From: Solirubrobacterales bacterium
GTDB taxonomy: Bacteria > Actinomycetota > Thermoleophilia > Solirubrobacterales > 70-9
DNA: 64,000 nt
Direction of reading: 5' to 3'
Assembly (NCBI GenBank): GCA_017304845.1
Contig: JAFKLL010000011.1
Coordinates: 81,480 to 145,479 of the forward strand
Part shown: in pieces, positions 26,760-35,463 of the stretch
Layout: every line of letters starts with the position of its first letter
How positions within the stretch are numbered: position 1 is the first letter of the stretch
Translations under genes and position numbers: made by a program
The notes under the pieces: model-generated
What the model saw: only the letters and a program-made list of their open reading frames with translations
What the model was told of the DNA's origin: nothing
The model's database searches: none

Positions 26760-28568
26760 TCAGTCGACCCCGAGGCCGCCACTGCCGCCGCCACCGCCCC
26801 CGGCATCCGCGTTCGGGTCGTAGCTGCCGACCGTGATCACCACGGTCGATCCCTTCGCGACCTGGGTCCCCGAGGAGGGGCTCTGATCGATCACCCGTCC
26901 GTCCTGAGGCTGGATCGAGGTGCTCTGGGTCTGGACGCTGGGGACCAGCCCGGCGCTCGATAGCGAGTCCTCGGCGTCGGACTGACTCAACCCGACCAGG
27001 GCGGGGACCGCGACCTTGGTCTCGGCCGGGCCCGAGGAGACGGTGAGGGTGACCGTGCTGCCGGCGTCGACCTTGGTTCCGGCGTCGGGCGACTGCGTGA
27101 GCACCTCGCCCTGGGGCCGGTCGCTCGGCTCCTCCGAGGAGGAGAACTCGAGGCCGACCGCTGAGAGCTGCTGCTTGGCGGCGTTCAGGGTCTGGCCGAC
27201 CAGCGGCGGCACCTTGACCTGCGCCGCGCCGCTGGAGACGGTCATCGTCACTTCCGACCCGCGGCGGGCCATCTCGCCGCCGGCGGGATCGGTGTCGATG
27301 ACCACGCCCGAATCGACGGTCGAGGAGGCCTTCGTCTCGGTGTTGACCGTGAAGCCGGCATCGTCGAGCTTCTGTTCGGCATCGTCCTGGGGCAGGCCGG
27401 CCACGTCGGGCACCTCGGTCTGTCCCGGCCCACCGCTCACGGTCAGGGTGACGGTGGGGTTGGAGCAGGAGAAGCCGAGGACGTTGCAGTCCTTGTCCGC
27501 CTTGCCGGAGGGATCCTGATCGAAGACCTGGTTGTTCGGGACCGAGGCGTTCTTCTTGCGTTCGACCTCGACCTTGAAGCCTTCCGAGTTCAGCTTCGAG
27601 ACCGCCGCGTCACTGGTGCTGCCGACCACGTCCGGAACCTCGACCGTGTTGCTGCGGGTCGCGGACCAGGCGATCAGGAGGCCGACCAGCACGGCGGCGG
27701 CGATCGCGATCCACTTCCACGGGCTCTTCTTCTCTTCGACCGGCTCGCCGGGGTTCGCCTCGGCCTCGTCGAGCGCGGCGATGAAGCTGTCGGCGTCCGG
27801 GTAGCGCTCGTACGGCTCACGCTGCAGGGCCCGCAGGACCACCGCGTCGAGCGCGGGGGAGACCGCCGGGTTGTAGGCGCTGGGCGGGATCGGGTCCTCG
27901 CGAAGCTGCTGGAGCGTGACCGCGACGGCGGTCTCGCCGTCGAAGGGGACCCGGCCGGTCAGGCACTCGTAGAGGATGACCCCGATCGAGTAGAGGTCGG
28001 ACTGGGGGCTGACCTCGTAGCCCTGGGCCTGCTCGGGGGAGAGGTAGTGGACGGTCCCCATCACCGAGCCCTCCTCGGTGATCTCGGAGATGCCGGCCCG
28101 GGCGATGCCGAAGTCGGTGACGGTGGCGAGGCCGGTCTCGTCGACGATCACGTTGAGCGGCTTGAGATCCCGGTGGACCACGCCGTGACGGTGGGCGAAC
28201 CCGGCCGCCTCGAGGATCTGCCGCACGATCGCCACCGACTCGGGCGGGGTCAGGCCGAGGCTGATCAGGTCCCGCAGGGTCCGGCCATCGAGATAGGCCA
28301 TGGCGATGTAGTAGGTGTCGCCGACCTGGCCGCGGTCGTAGATCGAGACGATGTTGACGTGCTGGAGCGCGGCGGCCGACTCGGCCTCGCGCCGGAAGCG
28401 GGCGATGAACTCGGGGTCGCGCGCGTAGCGCTCATGCAGCACCTTCAGGGCGACCCGGCGGGGCAGCTCGAGATCCTCCGCCAACCAGACGTCGGCCATG
28501 CCGCCGGAACCGATCAGGTACTCGATCCGGTAGCGGTTGTCGACCACCATGCCTTCGCTCAGTCTCAT
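26760..28568 (-). CDS. pknB: PASTA-domain Ser/Thr protein kinase
   Basis: 602 aa. Kinase motifs, one TM, then four PASTA repeats (VPDVVG..., VPDVAG..., VPPLVG..., VPALVG...). Ends in a poly-Gly tail. Confidence 0.9.
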   Translation of the reverse strand: MRLSEGMVVDNRYRIEYLIGSGGMADVWLAEDLELPRRVALKVLHERYARDPEFIARFRREAESAAALQHVNIVSIYDRGQVGDTYYIAMAYLDGRTLRDLISLGLTPPESVAIVRQILEAAGFAHRHGVVHRDLKPLNVIVDETGLATVTDFGIARAGISEITEEGSVMGTVHYLSPEQAQGYEVSPQSDLYSIGVILYECLTGRVPFDGETAVAVTLQQLREDPIPPSAYNPAVSPALDAVVLRALQREPYERYPDADSFIAALDEAEANPGEPVEEKKSPWKWIAIAAAVLVGLLIAWSATRSNTVEVPDVVGSTSDAAVSKLNSEGFKVEVERKKNASVPNNQVFDQDPSGKADKDCNVLGFSCSNPTVTLTVSGGPGQTEVPDVAGLPQDDAEQKLDDAGFTVNTETKASSTVDSGVVIDTDPAGGEMARRGSEVTMTVSSGAAQVKVPPLVGQTLNAAKQQLSAVGLEFSSSEEPSDRPQGEVLTQSPDAGTKVDAGSTVTLTVSSGPAETKVAVPALVGLSQSDAEDSLSSAGLVPSVQTQSTSIQPQDGRVIDQSPSSGTQVAKGSTVVITVGSYDPNADAGGGGGGSGGLGVD

Positions 28569-28603
28569 CTAGCTCCTGCCTTTCGGCTTCGGTGTCGGAA
28601 GTC

Positions 28604-30052
28604 CTACTCGCCGAGCAGGATCTGCATGATCTGTGCCGCGATCGGGGCGGCTACCGTGCCGCCCTCGCCGTCGGTGCATTCGACCGTCGCGGCGACCGCG
28701 ATCTGGGGATCGTCGGCCGGGGCGAAGCCGACGAACCAGGCCTGGTTGGGCAGGCCGTCGCACCGCTCCTGGTCCGGGACCTCGGCCGTGCCGGTCTTGC
28801 CGGCCACGTCGACGCCGCTGAGCGCCGCGGCGGTGCCGGTGCCCTCGTTGACGACGTCCTTCATCGCCTCGGTCAGCTCGTCGGCGGTGTCGCCGGAGAT
28901 CACGTTCGACTGCTCGTCCGGGTCCATGTTCTTCATGGTGCGGCCGTCGGGGTCGCGGACCTCGTCCCAGATCCGCGGCTTCATCAGCTTGCCGCCGTTG
29001 GCGATCGTCGCCGCGACCTCGGCCATCTGGATCGGGGTGGCGAGCAGCCTCTCCTGGCCGATCGCGAGACGTCCGACGTCGATCGGATCGTCGCCGGTCA
29101 GCAGGGTGTCGTTCTCCTGATCGAAGACGCCGCTGATCGAGAGCTGCCCGTCCGGCAGGTCGATCTGGGGCTTCGCGTTGAAGCCGAACTTGCCCATGTA
29201 GTCCTCGAGCGTGCCGGTGCCGATGTCCTCGCCGAGCTGGGCGAAGTAGGTGTTGACCGAGTGGGTCAGGGCGGTGGTCACGTTGATGTCCCCGTAGTCC
29301 GTGACGTCCGCGTTCTTCAGCGGATGGCCCTGGACGTCGATCGAGGCCGGCGAGTTGATCGTCTCGTCCGGCGTGATCGCGCCCGAGTCGAGGGCGGCCG
29401 CGGCGGTGACCAGCTTGAAGGTCGAGCCGGGCGGATACTGGCCCTGGGTCGCGGCCGCGTAGAGCGGGGAGCCCTCCGCGTTCTGCAGCTCCCCGAAATC
29501 GTCCGGGATCGTGTTCGGATCGAAGGAAGGCTGGCTGACCAGGGTCCGGATCCGCCCTGTGCTGGGCTCGATCGCCACCACGGCGCCGGCGCGGCCGGCC
29601 AGCTGGTCGACCGCCGCCTGCTGGGCATCGGCGTCGAGCGAGGTGACGATGTCGTTGCCGACCGGCTTCTTCCCGCGCAACTCGTCGAAGATCGATCGGA
29701 ACTCGTTGTCGTCCCCGATCAGCTCGGAGTTGTGGTACGCCTCGAACTCCGAGTTGCCCATCTCGGCGAAGCTGTAGCCGATCGGATGCCCGTAGAGGCT
29801 GCCCGACGGGTAGCGGCGCACGTACTGGAGCGAGGCGCCGCTGCCATGCCTGACCGAACGGGCGATGATCTTGCCGTCGGCGGTCATGATCCGGCCCCGC
29901 TTGATCTGCTGGGCGGCGAACAGGGGCCGCTTGTTGACCCGTTCGTTCTTGAGGTTGTTGGCGTCGAAGACCGTCCAGTAGGACGTGAAGCCGACCAGCA
30001 CCGCGAACATCACGCCGATGAAGGCGAAGAGCTTGACGATCCGGGCGTTCAC
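28604..30052 (-). CDS. pbpA: Class B penicillin-binding protein (peptidoglycan D,D-transpeptidase)
   Basis: 482 aa with an N-terminal anchor. STFK (PPGSTFK), SVN (HSVN) and KTGT (GKTGTA) active-site motifs. Confidence 0.85.
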   Translation of the reverse strand: MNARIVKLFAFIGVMFAVLVGFTSYWTVFDANNLKNERVNKRPLFAAQQIKRGRIMTADGKIIARSVRHGSGASLQYVRRYPSGSLYGHPIGYSFAEMGNSEFEAYHNSELIGDDNEFRSIFDELRGKKPVGNDIVTSLDADAQQAAVDQLAGRAGAVVAIEPSTGRIRTLVSQPSFDPNTIPDDFGELQNAEGSPLYAAATQGQYPPGSTFKLVTAAAALDSGAITPDETINSPASIDVQGHPLKNADVTDYGDINVTTALTHSVNTYFAQLGEDIGTGTLEDYMGKFGFNAKPQIDLPDGQLSISGVFDQENDTLLTGDDPIDVGRLAIGQERLLATPIQMAEVAATIANGGKLMKPRIWDEVRDPDGRTMKNMDPDEQSNVISGDTADELTEAMKDVVNEGTGTAAALSGVDVAGKTGTAEVPDQERCDGLPNQAWFVGFAPADDPQIAVAATVECTDGEGGTVAAPIAAQIMQILLGE

Positions 30053-30055
30053 GGT

Positions 30056-31372
30056 CTAGACGCCTTCCCGCGCCTCGCGCCGGGCCCGGTCGGAGACCAG
30101 GAGCAGCAGCGCCAGGAGGATGAAGTTGGCGAGGATCGAGCTGCCGCCGTAGGAGACCAGGGGCAGGGTCACGCCGGTCAGGGGGATGACCCGGGTCACC
30201 CCGCCGATGATCACGAAGGCCTGGATCGCGAAGACCGAGGTGAGGCCGGTGGCGAGCAGCTTCGAGAAGCCGTCGTTGGCCATCAGCGCGACCTTGAACC
30301 CGCGGGCCGCGATCAGCAGGTAGGTGGCGATGATCCCGCAGGCGCCGAAGAGGCCGAGCTCGGAGGTGATCAGGCTGTAGATCAGGTCGGTCTGGGCGGC
30401 CGGCAGCAGGGGCGCGGTCGTGCCCGGTATGACCACCATCGATTGGGCGAACCCCTCCCCGAACAATCCCCCGTCCGCCATCGCGAACATCGACTGCAGG
30501 ATCTGGTACCCGGTGTCGCCGGGGTCCTGGTACGGGTCGAGCCAGATGTCGACCCGGTCGGTGACGTGCGGGACCACGTGGTAGATCACCCAGGCGCCGG
30601 CCAGGAACATCAGCATGCCGATGATCACGAAGGAGAGCCGGCCGGTCGCCACGTAGATCAAGGCGAGGAAGGCGGCGAAGAACATCAGCGAGCTGCCGAG
30701 GTCGCGGATGAAGATCAGCATGAACATCGCGGCGCCCCAGACCAGCAGCAGCGGGCCGAGGTGCTTGAGCGGCGGGAAGGTGATCCCCATGAAGCGTTTC
30801 GCCCCGACCACCAGCAGCTCACGGTGCTCGCGCAGATAGCTGGCGAGGAAGATCACGATGCCGATCTTGGCCAGCTCGGCGGGCTGGAAGGCGATCGGGC
30901 CGAGCTTGATCCCGAGGTAGGCGCCGTTCACCTGGGAGCCGACCAGGGGGAGCCGGGGCGCCATCAGCAGCCCGAGGCTGATCAGCGCGATCGTGTAGCG
31001 GTAGCGCTCCAGCACCGAGTAGTCCTTGAAGAAGTGGATCACCACGGCGAAGAGGATCAGACCGATCACGAACCAGTTCGCCTGGTCGCGCGCGAGCTCC
31101 AGGCCCAGCTCGGAATCAAGCCGGTAGAGCATCACCAGCCCGAAGGCGGTGAGCAGGGCCATCAGCGGGAAGAGGTACGGGTCGGCGTCGGGCAGCCGGA
31201 TGCGGATGTAGATGTGGGTGGCGAGGCAGATCGCCAGGAAGTAGAGCCCGTAGGAGAGGCTGAGGTTGGTGAGCTGATTGTCGTTCTGCGCGAAGACCGC
31301 GGCGAAGCCGATGGTCAGGAGCAGGGCGACCGGGACGAGAGCCAGGAGTTCCCGGTTGCGGGAGGCACTCAC
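30056..31372 (-). CDS. rodA: SEDS-family peptidoglycan glycosyltransferase (FtsW/RodA)
   Basis: 438 aa, polytopic. LPAAQTDLIYSLITSELG and GVTLPLVSYGGSS motifs. Confidence 0.85.
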   Translation of the reverse strand: MSASRNRELLALVPVALLLTIGFAAVFAQNDNQLTNLSLSYGLYFLAICLATHIYIRIRLPDADPYLFPLMALLTAFGLVMLYRLDSELGLELARDQANWFVIGLILFAVVIHFFKDYSVLERYRYTIALISLGLLMAPRLPLVGSQVNGAYLGIKLGPIAFQPAELAKIGIVIFLASYLREHRELLVVGAKRFMGITFPPLKHLGPLLLVWGAAMFMLIFIRDLGSSLMFFAAFLALIYVATGRLSFVIIGMLMFLAGAWVIYHVVPHVTDRVDIWLDPYQDPGDTGYQILQSMFAMADGGLFGEGFAQSMVVIPGTTAPLLPAAQTDLIYSLITSELGLFGACGIIATYLLIAARGFKVALMANDGFSKLLATGLTSVFAIQAFVIIGGVTRVIPLTGVTLPLVSYGGSSILANFILLALLLLVSDRARREAREGV

Positions 31373-32490
31373 CCCCGCAGGCCCTCGCGGCTCTCGATGT
31401 CCTCGATCAGCGAGGTGGCGTCGGATTCCGAGCGGAGCGAGTGGTCGGTCACCGAGCGACGCCGCTGCACCGGCAGCGCGTCGGTCTGGATCGCGGACGA
31501 GTACTTGAGTTGGTAGAGGTCGATGCCGAAGGGAAGCTCGTAGGGCAGGCCGCGGTAGAGGGCGACCCGGCCGGCGTCGTCGGTGCCGAGGAACCAGGCC
31601 TGCCTGGTCGCGTAGAAGAGGCCGCCGATCACGATCAGCAGGACCGCCAGCGCGGCGAGCACGCCGGCCAGCGCCCGCCCGCGACGACGCGGCTTGGCGC
31701 GTTCACGGGCGCGGGCCTCGCTCCGGGTTCCGGCCTGGCTCGCGGTGCCCGAGGACTTCGCGATCGGGAAGCGCGGATCCTCGACCTGGAAGACGATCAC
31801 CGTGATGTTGTCGCGGCCACCGGCCCGGTTGGCCTCGTCGACCAGGGTCCGGGCGGCGGCGTCGAGGCTGGTGGCGCCCATCAGGATCTCGCGGATCCGA
31901 TCGTCGCTGATCATCGTGGTCAGGCCGTCGGAGCAGAGCAGGAAGATGTCGCCCGGATCGGCGGGCACGCTCTGCATGTCGGCCAGGACCTCGGGCTCCG
32001 GGCCGAGCGCGCGGGTGATGATCGACCGCTGCGGGTGGTCCTCCGCCTGCTCCTCGGTGATCTGGCCGCGGCGGCGCATCTCCTCGACCAGCGAGTGATC
32101 CTTGGTCAGCCGCTGGATGATCCCGTCGCGAAGGCGGTAGGCGCGGGAATCGCCGACATGCCCGATCACGACGTGCTCGACTTCCGAGTCCACCGCGGCG
32201 ACGGTGATCGTGGTGCCCATCCCGGCCAGCGAGGCGTCGTTGTGGGCCTGGTCGTAGATGTTGCGGTTGGCGACGGCGATGGTGCGTTCGATCGCCGCTT
32301 CGGCGCCGCCGTCCGGAAGCCCGGCCTGGAAGGCCTGGATCGCGGTCAGCGAGGCGACCTCGCCGGCCTGGGCGCCGCCCATGCCGTCGGCGACGACGAA
32401 CAGGGGCGCCCGGGCCAGGTACGAGTCCTCGTTGGCCTGGCGCTGGCGACCGACGTCGGTCCGTTCCGAATGTGTGGAGACCCTCAGCAT
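31369..32490 (-). CDS. pstP: PP2C-family Ser/Thr phosphatase with C-terminal membrane anchor
   Basis: 373 aa. TDVGRQRQANEDSY, VADGMGG, CSDGL, GGRDNITV motifs; TM segment ALAGVLAALAVLLIVIGGLFY. Confidence 0.85.
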   Translation of the reverse strand: MLRVSTHSERTDVGRQRQANEDSYLARAPLFVVADGMGGAQAGEVASLTAIQAFQAGLPDGGAEAAIERTIAVANRNIYDQAHNDASLAGMGTTITVAAVDSEVEHVVIGHVGDSRAYRLRDGIIQRLTKDHSLVEEMRRRGQITEEQAEDHPQRSIITRALGPEPEVLADMQSVPADPGDIFLLCSDGLTTMISDDRIREILMGATSLDAAARTLVDEANRAGGRDNITVIVFQVEDPRFPIAKSSGTASQAGTRSEARARERAKPRRRGRALAGVLAALAVLLIVIGGLFYATRQAWFLGTDDAGRVALYRGLPYELPFGIDLYQLKYSSAIQTDALPVQRRRSVTDHSLRSESDATSLIEDIESREGLRG

Positions 32491-32509
32491 CCGATGTCAG
32501 TTGAGTTGG

Positions 32510-32983
32510 TCATGGGCGGTCCAGTTCAAACCTGAAGGCGGTGTCGCCGATCTCGATCACGGCGCCGTTGCGTACCTCGACCTCGGTCGTCACCGCCCCA
32601 CCGTCAAGCAGCGTGCCATTGGTCGAGTTCATGTCTTCGAGGAAGTATCGATCACCGCGAGGGTAGAGCCTGGCGTGGAGGCCGGAGGCGTACCGATCCG
32701 TGAACGAGATGTCGGCGTCGGCCGAACGGCCCAGGGTGACCCCGCCGAAGACGTCGTACCTGGTTCCGGGATCGAGGTTCTGACTCTGCATCACGACCAG
32801 CCAGGCGTCATACGAACCGGCCGGCACGCCGATCGTCGTGTCGTCGACGAAGCCGCCTCCGCCACCGCCGCCCTGGTTCCGCTTCAGGTCCTTGCGGGCG
32901 CTGTTGGCGATCCAGAGCAGGAACAGGTAGAGGACCGCGAGGAACGCGAACTTGAGAGCAACTGAAATCGGTTCGTAGTCCAC
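32510..32983 (-). CDS. fhaB: Membrane-anchored FHA-domain protein
   Basis: 157 aa. N-terminal TM, poly-Gly linker, FHA core GRSADADISF...SGLHARL...FLEDMNSTNGT. Confidence 0.8.
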   Translation of the reverse strand: MDYEPISVALKFAFLAVLYLFLLWIANSARKDLKRNQGGGGGGGFVDDTTIGVPAGSYDAWLVVMQSQNLDPGTRYDVFGGVTLGRSADADISFTDRYASGLHARLYPRGDRYFLEDMNSTNGTLLDGGAVTTEVEVRNGAVIEIGDTAFRFELDRP

Positions 32984-33004
32984 TTTTTCGCCCTGCCGCT
33001 GCGG

Positions 33005-33775
33005 CTACCGTTCGATCCCGAACCGGAAGGTCGTGGTTCCGACGGTGACCTGATCGCCTTCGCGGAGCGGAGCCTCGGTGACCCGTCGCCCGTTGACCTT
33101 GACCCCGTTGGTGGATCCTAGATCGACGATCTCCCACTGACCGGCCGCGTCCTGACGCAGCTCGGCGTGACGGCGTGAGACGTTGGGGTCGCGCAGCACG
33201 CACTCGGCGTCGTCGGAGCGGCCGAGCACGGCGCGGGGGCCGTCGAGCACGTAGCGTCGATCGTCGAGGTCGACCACGGCCCGGGTCAGCTGCTCCCGGC
33301 GAGGCGCGCGCTCGGTGGCGTCGGCCGGGGGCTGCGCGGGGGCTGCCTTGTAGACCATGGTGTGGCCTTCCTCGGCCTGGCTCGGCATCTCGCCTTCGCG
33401 GGCCGGCGGCTTGACCAGGCGGGTCTGGATCCCGAACTCGCCGAGCCGCAGCCGGCGATCGGTGTTGAACTTGACCTCGGGCCGGGTCAGCAGGTCATAG
33501 CCCCGCCGCCGAGCGTGCTCGAGCAGATAGCCCGACAGCTCCTGTTCGAGCGAGCGTTCGTAACCCTCGAGCTTGTCGCGGTCCTTCTCGGAGAGATGGA
33601 CGGTGTACTCGTTAGGCACGTAGACCCTCGACACCGAGGCGGTCTTGTGCGAATCCATCTCCTTGGCCAGCTTGCGAGCAAGCTCGACCGGCTGCACCTC
33701 CGAGCTGAAGGCACGGCTGAACACCCCCTCGACGAGGCCCTCGATTCGGGCTTCGAGGTTGCGAAAGACGCTCAT
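33005..33775 (-). CDS. fhaA: FhaA-type protein (DUF3662 N-domain plus C-terminal FHA domain)
   Basis: 256 aa. MSVFRNLEARIEGLVEGVFSRAF...QPVELARKL; C-terminal GRSDDAECVL...SRRHAEL...VDLGSTNGV. Confidence 0.85.
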   Translation of the reverse strand: MSVFRNLEARIEGLVEGVFSRAFSSEVQPVELARKLAKEMDSHKTASVSRVYVPNEYTVHLSEKDRDKLEGYERSLEQELSGYLLEHARRRGYDLLTRPEVKFNTDRRLRLGEFGIQTRLVKPPAREGEMPSQAEEGHTMVYKAAPAQPPADATERAPRREQLTRAVVDLDDRRYVLDGPRAVLGRSDDAECVLRDPNVSRRHAELRQDAAGQWEIVDLGSTNGVKVNGRRVTEAPLREGDQVTVGTTTFRFGIER

Positions 33776-33784
33776 CGCCGCGGG

Positions 33785-35353
33785 TCAGTGGGCGTTGGGG
33801 ACACGACTTGATCCTACGGGAGCGATGGTCAACGGCTCTCGTTCCGCGCCACGGCCGCGCTGACGGGTCCAGCCCACGATCGCGCCGACCAGCAGGGAGA
33901 CCGCGACCCATACGGCGGCGGAGAGCAGGAACGAGGGCGAGGTCACGACCGGGACGATCAGCCCGGTGATCGCGTCGCCGACCGAGTTCTCCCAGCCGGA
34001 CGGGGCCGGCTCGATCTTGCCGAAGAGCAGGCTGCGTCCGGTGATCGACTCGGCCAATGCCGTGAAGGTGAGGCCGGTCACCGCGACCACGGCCCGGTCG
34101 CGCCAGTGGGTCGCGACCGCGGCGAGCAGCGGCAGGAAGGGGGCCATGCCGAGAGTGCCGAGCAACGGTCCGATCGCGGCCAGCGCCAATGGTCTCCCGG
34201 ACCCCTGGATCAGCAGGGCCGGCGGGATCGAGACCAGGCCGACCACCAGGGCGGCGCCCGGCATGCTCGCGATCACGGCGAGCCAGCCGGCGAGCAGCGC
34301 GCCGCCGGCGAGGAAGCCCGCCTTGGGCCGCAGCAGGGTGAGCAGGGCGGAGACGACGCTGAGCAGAGCGACCGAGACGACATCCGCGGCACCGCTGACG
34401 ATCATGCCGGTGGCGACCATCCCGCAGACGGCGGCGGCGCAGGCGATCCGGCCGAGGTCGAGGTTCCCGTCGGCGAAGGACGAGACCGAGGCGCGGCGCG
34501 GCTGGTCACCGGGGACGGTCCGATCGAGCTCGGGCAGCGCCTGTTCCAGGGCGGGCCCGAGATCTTCGAGCCCCGGCCGGAACTCCGGCTGGCGGTCGAG
34601 GCAGGCGTCGAGCACCTCGGTCATCGCCGGGGGCAGATCGGGCCGGAGATCGGCCAGGAGCGGCAGGTCCTGCTCGAGGGCCCGCAGGGTCTGGCCGGGG
34701 GTGGAACGGCGGCGCGGGTTCCGGCCGGTCCAGGCTTCGAAGAGGGTCAGGGCGAGCGAGTAGACGTCGCCGGCCGGGGTCACCTGCCGTCCCTCGGCCG
34801 CCTCGGGTGACATGTAGGAGAGGGTGCCGAGCACGTCGCCCGTGTTGGTGAGGTCGTCGCCGTCGGCGAGACGGGCCACCCCGAAGTCCATGAGCTTGGC
34901 GCCGCCGCGACCGTCGGGGACGATCAGGTTGGCGGGCTTTATGTCGCGGTGGATGACCTCGCGGTCATGCGCGTGGTCGAGCGCCTCGCAGATGTCGATC
35001 CCGATCTCCGCGATCTCGCGGTCGCTGAGCAGGTCGCGGTCGATCAGCTCCCGCACCGTCTCCCCGTCGACCAGCTCGGAGACCAGGTAGGCCCTGCCGC
35101 CCTCGGGGCCGTACTCGTGATGCGCGAACTCGTAGAGGGTGACGATGCCCGTGTGGTTGAGGCGGGCCGCCGCCTTCGCCTCCTGCTGGATGCGCGGGCC
35201 GGATTCCGCCGCGGTCTCGATCACCTTCACGGCGACCTCGCGTTCGAGCCGCCGGTCCCAGGCCCGGTAGACCGTGCCGAAGCCGCCGGCCCCGAGCCGG
35301 TCACCCATCTCGAAGCGATTGAGGACGATGCTGCCGTTCATCACCTCGCCCAC
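33785..35353 (-). CDS. Ser/Thr protein kinase fused to a polytopic membrane domain
   Basis: 522 aa. Kinase motifs GAGGFGTVYRA, VAVK, HRDIKPAN, DFGVA, SPE. The C-terminal ~220 aa hold at least six hydrophobic segments. Confidence 0.8.
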   Translation of the reverse strand: MGEVMNGSIVLNRFEMGDRLGAGGFGTVYRAWDRRLEREVAVKVIETAAESGPRIQQEAKAAARLNHTGIVTLYEFAHHEYGPEGGRAYLVSELVDGETVRELIDRDLLSDREIAEIGIDICEALDHAHDREVIHRDIKPANLIVPDGRGGAKLMDFGVARLADGDDLTNTGDVLGTLSYMSPEAAEGRQVTPAGDVYSLALTLFEAWTGRNPRRRSTPGQTLRALEQDLPLLADLRPDLPPAMTEVLDACLDRQPEFRPGLEDLGPALEQALPELDRTVPGDQPRRASVSSFADGNLDLGRIACAAAVCGMVATGMIVSGAADVVSVALLSVVSALLTLLRPKAGFLAGGALLAGWLAVIASMPGAALVVGLVSIPPALLIQGSGRPLALAAIGPLLGTLGMAPFLPLLAAVATHWRDRAVVAVTGLTFTALAESITGRSLLFGKIEPAPSGWENSVGDAITGLIVPVVTSPSFLLSAAVWVAVSLLVGAIVGWTRQRGRGAEREPLTIAPVGSSRVPNAH

Positions 35354-35463
35354 TTCTTCGCGCGAGCCGCCGACCCTCCCGTTTCACGTCAGCTTGCCGG
35401 TGGGCGGTATTCGGGGGAAGGGAATACATTGACAGCGCCGAAAAGCGTTCGGCAGGTGGACTT

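Noticed and set aside
28592-31516. 974-aa plus-strand ORF. The same applies to 1387..4320 (977 aa), 6499..8904 (801 aa), 54380..56563 (727 aa), 58409..60670 (753 aa), 35488..37332 (614 aa), 5043..7148 (701 aa) and other long overlapping ORFs in the track.
   Set aside because: All lie antisense to, or out of frame with, genes that carry clear family motifs (pbpA/rodA, beta-helix protein, MFS/GH43, AlkP, ABC/hemB, CARDB/pheA, ycaQ/MFS). Their translations are Arg/Gly/Asp/Pro-rich low-complexity sequence. They are treated as GC-driven shadow ORFs.
35380-35395. parS half-sites: CGTTTCACGTCAGCTT here, plus GTGAAAC half-sites at 56124-56130 and 59979-59985, and CCACGTGG cores at about 43597-43604 and 49215-49222.
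   Set aside because: Only one half matches (10 or fewer of 16, or 11 of 16 for the recF site, which reads better as a DnaA-box-like CGTGGACAA). All are far weaker than the 14-of-16 site at 47474.
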